Assembly (NCBI GenBank): GCA_964016885.1 | Contig: OZ024744.1 | Span: forward strand, 136,090,001-136,154,000 | Length of the DNA stretch: 64,000 nucleotides | DNA from: Eledone cirrhosa | Lineage: Eukaryota | Direction: 5' to 3' | In this document: in pieces, positions 38,201 through 50,475 of the stretch | How the letters are laid out: every line of letters starts with the position of its first letter | Numbering within the stretch: the first letter of the stretch is position 1 | The notes under the pieces: generated by a model | Database searches by the model: none | What the model was told of the DNA's origin: nothing | What the model saw: only the letters and a program-made list of their open reading frames with translations | Made by a program: the position numbers and the translations under genes

Positions 38201-40351
38201 GAGGAGAGAGAAGTTTATCTACAGAATAAAAGAAGTGGAGATCATGGTAGAAGAAATAACATGAATCCAGAGGAGAGAGAGGCTTATCTACAGAATAGAA
38301 GTGGAAATCATGATAGAAGAAATAACATGAATCCAGAGGAGAGAGAAGTTTATCTACAGAATAAAAGAAGTGGAGATCATGGTAGAAGAAATAACATGAA
38401 TCCAGAGGAGAGAGAAGTTTATCTACAGAATAAAAGAAGTGGAGATCATGGTAGAAGAAATAACATGAATCCAGAGGAGAGAGAGGCTTATCTACAGAAT
38501 AGAAGTGGAAATCATGATAGAAGAAATAACATGAATCCAGAGGAGAGAGAAGCTTATCTACAGAATAGAAGTGGAGATCATGATAGAAGAAATAACATGA
38601 ATCCAGAGGAGAGAGAAGTTTATCTACAGAATAGAAGAAGTGGAGATCATGATAGAAGAAATAACATGAATCCAGAGGAGAGAGAAGTTTATCTACAGAA
38701 TAGAAGAAGTGGAGATCATGATAGAAGAAATAACATGAATCCAGAGGAGAGAGAAGCTTATCTACAGAATAGAAGAAGTGGAGATCATGATAGAAGAAAT
38801 AACATGAATCCAGAGGAGAGAGAAGTTTATCTACAGAATAGAAGAAGTGGAGATCATGATAGAAGAAATAACATGAATCCAGAGGAGAGAGAAGTTTATC
38901 TACAGAATAGAAGTGGAGATCATGATAGAAGAAATAACATGAATCCAGAGGAGAGAGAAGCTTATCTACAGAATAGAAGAAGTGGAGATCATGATAGAAG
39001 AAATAACATGAATCCAGAGGAGGGAGAAGCTTCTCTACAGAATAGAAGTGGAGATCATGGTAGAAGAAATAACATGAATCCAGAGGAGAGAGAAGTTTAT
39101 CTACAGAATAGAAGTGGAGATCATGGTAGAAGAAATAACATGAATCCAGAGGAGAGAGAAGTTTATCTACAGAATAAAAGAAGTGGAGATCATGGTAGAA
39201 GAAATAACATGAATCCAGAGGAGAGAGAAGTTTATCTACAGAATAAAAGAAGTGGAGATCATGGTAGAAGAAATAACATGAATCCAGAGGAGAGAGAGGC
39301 TTATCTACAGAATAGAAGTGGAAATCATGATAGAAGAAATAACATGAATCCAGAGGAGAGAGAAGCTTATCTACAGAATAGAAGTGGAGATCATGATAGA
39401 AGAAATAACATGAATCCAGAGGAGAGAGAAGCTTATCTACAGAATAGAAGTGGAGATCATGATAGAAGAAATAACATGAATCCAGAGGAGAGAGTAGCTT
39501 ATCTACAGAATAGAAGTGGAGATCATGATAGAAGAAATAACATGAATCCAGAGGAGAGAGAAGTATTTCTACAGAATAGAAGAAGTGGAGATCATGGTAG
39601 AAGAAATAACATGAATCCAGAGGAGAGAGAAGTTTATCTACAGAATAGAAGTGGAGATCATGATAGAAGAAATAACATGAATCCAGAGGAGAGAGTACCT
39701 TATCTACAGAATAGAAGAAGTGGAGATCATGATAGAAGAAATAAGATGAATCCAGAGGAGAGAGAAGCTTCCCTACAGAATAGAAGTGGAGATCATGGTA
39801 GAAGAAATAACATGAATCCAGAGGAGAGAGAAGCTTATCTACAGAATAGAAGAAGTGGAGATCATGATAGAAGAAATAACATGAATCCAGAGGAGAGAGA
39901 AGCTTCTCTACAGAATAGAAGTGGAGATCATGGTAGAAGAAATAACATGAATCCAGAGGAGAGAGAAGTTTATCTACAGAATAGAAGAAGTGGAAATCAT
40001 GATAGAAGAAATAACATGAATCCAGAGGAGAGAGAAGTTTATCTACAGAATAGAAGTGGAGATCATGATATAAGAAATAACATGAATCCAGAGGAGAGAG
40101 AAGCTTATCTACAGAATAGAAGAAGTGGAGATCATGATAGAAGAAATAACATGAATCCAGAGGAGAGAGAAGCTTCTCTACAGAATAGAAGTGGAGATCA
40201 TGGTAGAAGAAATAACATGAATCCAGAGGAGAGAGAAGTTTATCTACAGAATAGAAGTGGAGATCATGGTAGAAGAAATAACATGAATCCAGAGGAGAGA
40301 GAAGTTTATCTACAGAATAAAAGAAGTGGAGATCATGGTAGAAGAAATAAC

Positions 40352-43300
40352 ATGAATCCAGAGGAGAGAGAAGTTTATCTACAGAATAGAAGTGGAGATC
40401 ATGGTAGAAGAAATAACATGAATCCAGAGGAGAGAGAAGTTTATCTACAGAATAGAAGAAGTGGAGATCATGATAGAAGAAATAACATGAATCCAGAGGA
40501 GAGAGAAGTTTATCTACAGAATAGAAGAAGTGGAGATCATGATAGAAGAAATAACATGAATCCAGAGGAGAGAGAAGCTTATCTACAGAATAGAAGAAGT
40601 GGAGATCATGATAGAAGAAATAACATGAATCCAGAGGAGAGAGAAGTTTATCTACAGAATAGAAGAAGTGGAGATCATGATAGAAGAAATAACATGAATC
40701 CAGAGGAGAGAGAAGTTTATCTACAGAATAGAAGTGGAGATCATGATAGAAGAAATAACATGAATCCAGAGGAGAGAGAAGCTTATCTACAGAATAGAAG
40801 AAGTGGAGATCATGATAGAAGAAATAACATGAATCCAGAGGAGAGAGAAGCTTCTCTACAGAATAGAAGTGGAGATCATGGTAGAAGAAATAACATGAAT
40901 CCAGAGGAGAGAGAAGTTTATCTACAGAATAGAAGTGGAGATCATGGTAGAAGAAATAACATGAATCCAGAGGAGAGAGAAGTTTATCTACAGAATAAAA
41001 GAAGTGGAGATCATGGTAGAAGAAATAACATGAATCCAGCGGAGAGAGAAGCTTATCTACAGAATAGAAGTGGAGATCATGGTAGAAGAAATAACATGAA
41101 TCCAGAGGAGAGAGAAGTTTATCTACAGAATAAAAGAAGTGGAGATCATGGTAGAAGAAATAACATGAATCCAGCGGAGAGAGAAGCTTATCTACAGAAT
41201 AGAAGTGGAGATCATGGTAGAAGAAATAACATGAATCCAGAGGAGAGAGAAGTATTTCTACAGAATAGAAGAAGTGGAGATCATGGTAGAAGAAATAACA
41301 TGAATCCAGAGGAGAGAGAGGCTTATCTACAGAATAGAAGTGGAAATCATGATAGAAGAAATAACATGAATCCAGAGGAGAGAGAAGCTTATCTACAGAA
41401 TAGAAGTGGAGATCATGATAGAAGAAATAACATGAATCCAGAGGAGAGAGAAGCTTATCTACAGAATAGAAGTGGAGATCATGATAGAAGAAATAACATG
41501 AATCCAGAGGAGAGAGAAGCTTATCTACAGAATAGAAGTGGAGATCATGATAGAAGAAATAACATGAATCCAGAGGAGAGAGAAGTATTTCTACAGAATA
41601 GAAGAAGTGGAGATCATGGTAGGAGAAATAACATGAATCCAGAGGAGAGAGAAGCTTATCTACAGAATAGAAGAAGTGGAGATCATGATAGAAGAAATAA
41701 CATGAATCCAGAGGAGAGAGAAGCTTCTCTACAGAATAGAAGTGGAGATCATGGTAGAAGAAATAACATGAATCCAGAGGAGAGAGAAGTTTATCTACAG
41801 AATAGAAGAAGTGGAGATCATGATAGAAGAAATAACATGAATCCAGAGGAGAGAGAAGTTTATCTACAGAATAGAAGAAGTGGAGATCATGGTAGAAGAA
41901 ATAACAGGAATCCAGAGGAGAGAGAAGTTTATCTACAGAATAGAAGAAGTGGAGATCATGATAGAAGAAATAACATGAATCCAGAGGAGAGAGAAGTTTA
42001 TCTACAGAAAAGAAGTGGAGATCATGACAGAAGAAATAACAGGAATCCAGAGGAGAGAGAAGTTTATCTACAGAATAGAAGTGGAGATCATGGTAGAAGA
42101 AATAACATGAATCCAGAGGAGAGAGAAGTTTATCTACAGAATAGAAGTGGAGATCATGATAGAAGAAATAACATGAATCCAGAGGAGAGAGTAGCTTATC
42201 TACAGAATAGAAGAAGTGGAGATCATGATAGAAGAAATAACATGAATCCAGAGGAGAGAGAAGCTTCTCTACAGAATAAAAGTGGAGATCATGGTAGAAG
42301 AAATAACATGAATCCAGAGGAGAGAGAAGCTTATCTACAGAATAGAAGAAGTGGAGATCATGATAGAAGAAATAACATGAATCCAGAGGAGAGAGAAGCT
42401 TCTCTACAGAATAGAAGTGGAGATCATGGTAGAAGAAATAACATGAATCCAGAGGAGAGAGAAGTTTATCTACAGAATAGAAGAAGTGGAGATCATGATA
42501 GAAGAAATAACATGAATCCAGAGGAGAGAGAAGTTTATCTACAGAATAGAAGTGGAGATCATGATAGAAGAAATAACATGAATCCAGATGAGAGAGAAGT
42601 TTATCTACAGAATAGAAGAAGTGGAGATCATGATAGAAGAAATAACATGAATCCAGAGGAGAGAGAAGCTTCTCTACAGAATAGAAGTGGAGATCATGGT
42701 AGAAGAAATAACATGAATCCAGAGGAGAGAGAAGTTTATCTACAGAATAGAAGTGGAGATCATGGTAGAAGAAATAACATGAATCCAGAGGAGAGAGAAG
42801 TTTATCTACAGAATAAAAGAAGTGGAGATCATGGTAGAAGAAATAACATGAATCCAGAGGAGAGAGAAGTTTATCTACAGAATAGAAGAAGTGGAGATCA
42901 TGACAGAAAAATAACAGGAATCCAGAGGAGAGAGAAGTTTATCTACAGAATAGAAGTGGAGATCATGGTAGAAGAAATAACATGAATCCAGAGGAGAGAG
43001 AAGTTTATCTACAGAATAAAAGAAGTGGAGATCATGGTAGAAGAAATAACATGAATCCAGAGGAGAGAGAAGTTTATCTACAGAATAAAAGAAGTGGAGA
43101 TCATGGTAGAAGAAATAACATGAATCCAGAGGAGAGAGAAGCTTATCTACAGAATAGAAGAAGTGGAGATCATGATAGAAGAAATAACATGAATCCAGAG
43201 GAGAGAGAAGCTTCTCTACAGAATAGAAGTGGAGATCATGGTAGAAGAAATAACATGAATCCAGAGGAGAGAGAAGTTTATCTACAGAATAAAAGAAGTG

Positions 43301-46300
43301 GAGATCATGGTAGAAGAAATAACATGAATCCAGAGGAGAGAGAAGTTTATCTACAGAATAAAAGAAGTGGAGATCATGGTAGAAGAAATAACATGAATCC
43401 AGAGGAGAGAGAAGTTTATCTACAGAATAAAAGAAGTGGAGATCATGGTAGAAGAAATAACATGAATCCAGAGGAGAGATAGGCTTATCTACAGAATAGA
43501 AGTGGAAATCATGATAGAAGAAATAACATGAATCCAGAGGAGATCATGATAGAAGAAATAACATGAATCCAGAGGAGAGAGAAGCTTATCTACAGAATAG
43601 AAGTGGAGATCATGATAGAAGAAATAACATGAATCCAGAGGAGAGAGAAGCTTATCTACAGAATAGAAGTGGAGATCATGATAGAAGAAATAACATGAAT
43701 TCAGAGGAGAGAGAAGTATTTCTACAGAATAGAAGAAGTGGAGATCATGGTAGAAGAAATAACATGAATCCAGAGGAGAGAGAAGTTTATCTACAGAATA
43801 GAAGTGGAGATCATGATAGAAGAAATAACATGAATCCAGAGGAGAGAGTAGCTTATCTACAGAATAGAAGAAGTGGAGATCATGATAGAAGAAATAACAT
43901 GAATCCAGAGGAGAGAGAAGCTTCTCTACAGAATAGAAGTGGAGATCATGGTAGAAGAAATAACATGAATCCAGAGGAGAGAGAAGCTTATCTACAGAAC
44001 AGAAGAAGTGCAGATCATGATAGAAGAAATAACATGAATCCAGAGGAGAGAGAAGCTTCTCTACAGAATAGAAGTGGAGATCATGGTAGAAGAAATAACA
44101 TGAATCCAGAGGAGAGAGAAGTTTATCTACAGAATAGAAGAAGTGGAGATCATGATAGAAGAAATAACATGAATCCAGAGGAGAGAGAAGTTTATCTACA
44201 GAATAGAAGAAGTGGAGATCATGGTAGAAGAAATAACAGGAATCCAGAGGAGAGAGAAGTTTATCTACAGAATAGAAGTGGAGATCATGATAGAAGAAAT
44301 AACATGAATCCAGAGGAGAGAGAAGTTTATCTACAGAATAGAAGAAGTGGAGATCATGATAGAAGAAATAACATGAATCCAGAGGAGAGAGAAGCTTCTC
44401 TACAGAATAGAAGTGGAGATCATGGTAGAAGAAATAACAGGAATCCAGAGGAGAGAGAAGTTTATCTACAGAATAGAAGAAGTGGAGATCATGATAGAAG
44501 AAATAACATGAATCCAGAGGAGAGAGAAGCTTCTCTACAGAATAGAAGTGGAGATCATGGTAGAAGAAATAACATGAATCCAGAGGAGAGAGAAGTTTAT
44601 CTACAGAATAGAAGTGGAGATCATGGTAGAAGAAATAACATGAATCAAGAGGAGAGAGAAGTTTATCTACAGAATAGAAGTGGAGATCATGATAGAAGAA
44701 ATAACATGAATCCAGAGGAGAGAGTAGCTTATCTACAGAATAGAAGAAGTGGAGATCATGATAGAAGAAATAACATGAATCCAGAGGAGAGAGAAGCTTC
44801 TCTACAGAATAGAAGTGGAGATCATGGTAGAAGAAATAACATGAATCCAGAGGAGAGAGAAGCTTATCTACAGAATAGAAGAAGTAGAGATCATGATAGA
44901 AGAAATAACATGAATCCAGAGGAGAGAGAAGCTTCTCTACAGAATAGAAGTGGAGATCATGGTAGAAGAAATAACATGAATCCAGAGGAGAGAGAAGTTT
45001 ATCTACAGAATAGAAGAAGTGGAGATCATGATAGAAGAAATAACATGAATCCAGAGGAGAGAGAAGTTTATCTACAGAATAGAAGTGGAGATCATGATAG
45101 AAGAAATAACATGAATCCAGAGGAGAGAGAAGCTTATCTACAGAATAGAAGAAGTGGAGATCATGATAGAAGAAATAACATGAATCCAGAGGAGAGAGAA
45201 GCTTCTCTACAGAATAGAAGTGGAGATCATGGTAGAAGAAATAACATGAATCCAGAGGAGAGAGAAGTTTATCTACAGAATAGAAGTGGAGATCATGGTA
45301 GAAGAAATAACATGAATCCAGAGGAGAGAGAAGTTTATCTACAGAATAAAAGAAGTGGAGATCATGGTAGAAGAAATAACATGAATCCAGAGGAGAGAGA
45401 AGTTTATCTACAGAATAGAAGTGGAGATCATGGTAGAAGAAATAACATGAATCCAGAGGAGAGAGAAGTTTATCTACAGAATAGAAGAAGTGGAGATCAT
45501 GATAGAAGAAATAACATGAATCCAGAGGAGAGAGAAGTTTATCTACAGAATAGAAGAAGTGGAGATCATGATAGAAGAAATAACATGAATCCAGAGGAGA
45601 GAGAAGCTTATCTACAGAATAGAAGAAGTGGAGATCATGATAGAAGAAATAACATGAATCCAGAGGAGAGAGAAGTTTATCTACAGAATAGAAGAAGTGG
45701 AGATCATGATAGAAGAAATAACATGAATCCAGAGGAGAGAGAAGTTTATCTACAGAATAGAAGTGGAGATCATGATAGAAGAAATAACATGAATCCAGAG
45801 GAGAGAGAAGCTTATCTACAGAATAGAAGAAGTGGAGATCATGATAGAAGAAATAACATGAATCCAGAGGAGAGAGAAGCTTCTCTACAGAATAGAAGTG
45901 GAGATCATGGTAGAAGAAATAACATGAATCCAGAGGAGAGAGAAGTTTATCTACAGAATAGAAGTGGAGATCATGGTAGAAGAAATAACATGAATCCAGA
46001 GGAGAGAGAAGTTTATCTACAGAATAAAAGAAGTGGAGATCATGGTAGAAGAAATAACATGAATCCAGCGGAGAGAGAAGCTTATCTACAGAATAGAAGT
46101 GGAGATCATGGTAGAAGAAATAACATGAATCCAGAGGAGAGAGAAGTTTATCTACAGAATAAAAGAAGTGGAGATCATGGTAGAAGAAATAACATGAATC
46201 CAGCGGAGAGAGAAGCTTATCTACAGAATAGAAGTGGAGATCATGGTAGAAGAAATAACATGAATCCAGAGGAGAGAGAAGTATTTCTACAGAATAGAAG

Positions 46301-49300
46301 AAGTGGAGATCATGGTAGAAGAAATAACATGAATCCAGAGGAGAGAGAGGCTTATCTACAGAATAGAAGTGGAAATCATGATAGAAGAAATAACATGAAT
46401 CCAGAGGAGAGAGAAGCTTATCTACAGAATAGAAGTGGAGATCATGATAGAAGAAATAACATGAATCCAGAGGAGAGAGAAGCTTATCTACAGAATAGAA
46501 GTGGAGATCATGATAGAAGAAATAACATGAATCCAGAGGAGAGAGAAGCTTATCTACAGAATAGAAGTGGAGATCATGATAGAAGAAATAACATGAATCC
46601 AGAGGAGAGAGAAGTATTTCTACAGAATAGAAGAAGTGGAGATCATGGTAGGAGAAATAACATGAATCCAGAGGAGAGAGAAGCTTATCTACAGAATAGA
46701 AGAAGTGGAGATCATGATAGAAGAAATAACATGAATCCAGAGGAGAGAGAAGCTTCTCTACAGAATAGAAGTGGAGATCATGGTAGAAGAAATAACATGA
46801 ATCCAGAGGAGAGAGAAGTTTATCTACAGAATAGAAGAAGTGGAGATCATGATAGAAGAAATAACATGAATCCAGAGGAGAGAGAAGTTTATCTACAGAA
46901 TAGAAGAAGTGGAGATCATGGTAGAAGAAATAACAGGAATCCAGAGGAGAGAGAAGTTTATCTACAGAATAGAAGAAGTGGAGATCATGATAGAAGAAAT
47001 AACATGAATCCAGAGGAGAGAGAAGTTTATCTACAGAAAAGAAGTGGAGATCATGACAGAAGAAATAACAGGAATCCAGAGGAGAGAGAAGTTTATCTAC
47101 AGAATAGAAGTGGAGATCATGGTAGAAGAAATAACATGAATCCAGAGGAGAGAGAAGTTTATCTACAGAATAGAAGTGGAGATCATGATAGAAGAAATAA
47201 CATGAATCCAGAGGAGAGAGTAGCTTATCTACAGAATAGAAGAAGTGGAGATCATGATAGAAGAAATAACATGAATCCAGAGGAGAGAGAAGCTTCTCTA
47301 CAGAATAAAAGTGGAGATCATGGTAGAAGAAATAACATGAATCCAGAGGAGAGAGAAGCTTATCTACAGAATAGAAGAAGTGGAGATCATGATAGAAGAA
47401 ATAACATGAATCCAGAGGAGAGAGAAGCTTCTCTACAGAATAGAAGTGGAGATCATGGTAGAAGAAATAACATGAATCCAGAGGAGAGAGAAGTTTATCT
47501 ACAGAATAGAAGAAGTGGAGATCATGATAGAAGAAATAACATGAATCCAGAGGAGAGAGAAGTTTATCTACAGAATAGAAGTGGAGATCATGATAGAAGA
47601 AATAACATGAATCCAGATGAGAGAGAAGTTTATCTACAGAATAGAAGAAGTGGAGATCATGATAGAAGAAATAACATGAATCCAGAGGAGAGAGAAGCTT
47701 CTCTACAGAATAGAAGTGGAGATCATGGTAGAAGAAATAACATGAATCCAGAGGAGAGAGAAGTTTATCTACAGAATAGAAGTGGAGATCATGGTAGAAG
47801 AAATAACATGAATCCAGAGGAGAGAGAAGTTTATCTACAGAATAAAAGAAGTGGAGATCATGGTAGAAGAAATAACATGAATCCAGAGGAGAGAGAAGTT
47901 TATCTACAGAATAGAAGAAGTGGAGATCATGACAGAAAAATAACAGGAATCCAGAGGAGAGAGAAGTTTATCTACAGAATAGAAGTGGAGATCATGGTAG
48001 AAGAAATAACATGAATCCAGAGGAGAGAGAAGTTTATCTACAGAATAAAAGAAGTGGAGATCATGGTAGAAGAAATAACATGAATCCAGAGGAGAGAGAA
48101 GTTTATCTACAGAATAAAAGAAGTGGAGATCATGGTAGAAGAAATAACATGAATCCAGAGGAGAGAGAAGCTTATCTACAGAATAGAAGAAGTGGAGATC
48201 ATGATAGAAGAAATAACATGAATCCAGAGGAGAGAGAAGCTTCTCTACAGAATAGAAGTGGAGATCATGGTAGAAGAAATAACATGAATCCAGAGGAGAG
48301 AGAAGTTTATCTACAGAATAAAAGAAGTGGAGATCATGGTAGAAGAAATAACATGAATCCAGAGGAGAGAGAAGTTTATCTACAGAATAAAAGAAGTGGA
48401 GATCATGGTAGAAGAAATAACATGAATCCAGAGGAGAGAGAAGTTTATCTACAGAATAAAAGAAGTGGAGATCATGGTAGAAGAAATAACATGAATCCAG
48501 AGGAGAGATAGGCTTATCTACAGAATAGAAGTGGAAATCATGATAGAAGAAATAACATGAATCCAGAGGAGATCATGATAGAAGAAATAACATGAATCCA
48601 GAGGAGAGAGAAGCTTATCTACAGAATAGAAGTGGAGATCATGATAGAAGAAATAACATGAATCCAGAGGAGAGAGAAGCTTATCTACAGAATAGAAGTG
48701 GAGATCATGATAGAAGAAATAACATGAATTCAGAGGAGAGAGAAGTATTTCTACAGAATAGAAGAAGTGGAGATCATGGTAGAAGAAATAACATGAATCC
48801 AGAGGAGAGAGAAGTTTATCTACAGAATAGAAGTGGAGATCATGATAGAAGAAATAACATGAATCCAGAGGAGAGAGTAGCTTATCTACAGAATAGAAGA
48901 AGTGGAGATCATGATAGAAGAAATAACATGAATCCAGAGGAGAGAGAAGCTTCTCTACAGAATAGAAGTGGAGATCATGGTAGAAGAAATAACATGAATC
49001 CAGAGGAGAGAGAAGCTTATCTACAGAACAGAAGAAGTGCAGATCATGATAGAAGAAATAACATGAATCCAGAGGAGAGAGAAGCTTCTCTACAGAATAG
49101 AAGTGGAGATCATGGTAGAAGAAATAACATGAATCCAGAGGAGAGAGAAGTTTATCTACAGAATAGAAGAAGTGGAGATCATGATAGAAGAAATAACATG
49201 AATCCAGAGGAGAGAGAAGTTTATCTACAGAATAGAAGAAGTGGAGATCATGGTAGAAGAAATAACAGGAATCCAGAGGAGAGAGAAGTTTATCTACAGA

Positions 49301-50409
49301 ATAGAAGTGGAGATCATGATAGAAGAAATAACATGAATCCAGAGGAGAGAGAAGTTTATCTACAGAATAGAAGAAGTGGAGATCATGATAGAAGAAATAA
49401 CATGAATCCAGAGGAGAGAGAAGCTTCTCTACAGAATAGAAGTGGAGATCATGGTAGAAGAAATAACAGGAATCCAGAGGAGAGAGAAGTTTATCTACAG
49501 AATAGAAGAAGTGGAGATCATGATAGAAGAAATAACATGAATCCAGAGGAGAGAGAAGCTTCTCTACAGAATAGAAGTGGAGATCATGGTAGAAGAAATA
49601 ACATGAATCCAGAGGAGAGAGAAGTTTATCTACAGAATAGAAGTGGAGATCATGGTAGAAGAAATAACATGAATCAAGAGGAGAGAGAAGTTTATCTACA
49701 GAATAGAAGTGGAGATCATGATAGAAGAAATAACATGAATCCAGAGGAGAGAGTAGCTTATCTACAGAATAGAAGAAGTGGAGATCATGATAGAAGAAAT
49801 AACATGAATCCAGAGGAGAGAGAAGCTTCTCTACAGAATAGAAGTGGAGATCATGGTAGAAGAAATAACATGAATCCAGAGGAGAGAGAAGCTTATCTAC
49901 AGAATAGAAGAAGTAGAGATCATGATAGAAGAAATAACATGAATCCAGAGGAGAGAGAAGCTTCTCTACAGAATAGAAGTGGAGATCATGGTAGAAGAAA
50001 TAACATGAATCCAGAGGAGAGAGAAGTTTATCTACAGAATAGAAGAAGTGGAGATCATGATAGAAGAAATAACATGAATCCAGAGGAGAGAGAAGTTTAT
50101 CTACAGAATAGAAGTGGAGATCATGATAGAAGAAATAACATGAATCCAGAGGAGAGAGAAGCTTATCTACAGAATAGAAGAAGTGGAGATCATGATAGAA
50201 GAAATAACATGAATCCAGAGGAGAGAGAAGCTTCTCTACAGAATAGAAGTGGAGATCATGGTAGAAGAAATAACATGAATCCAGAGGAGAGAGAAGTTTA
50301 TCTACAGAATAGAAGTGGAGATCATGGTAGAAGAAATAACATGAATCCAGAGGAGAGAGAAGTTTATCTACAGAATAAAAGAAGTGGAGATCATGGTAGA
50401 AGAAATAAC
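40352..50409 (+). repeat. Tandem duplication, period 5029 bp
   Basis: PDE 42589->47618, NKS 42278->47307, TAG stop 43480->48509 and ORF starts 42982->48011 and 43563->48592 are all offset by 5029. Confidence 0.92.
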
Positions 50410-50475
50410 ATGAATCCAGAGGAGAGAGAAGTTTATCTACAGAATAGAAGTGGAGATCATGATAGAAGAAATAAC

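Larger units (their letters stand above)
22424..45430 (+). repeat. Large near-tandem duplication, period 12491 bp falling to 10736 bp
   Basis: 23167->35658 and 23748->36239 are 12491. The PDE variant 31853->42589, 32246->42982 and 32827->43563 are 10736. The difference, 1755 bp, equals the nested local duplication present only in copy 1. Confidence 0.9.
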
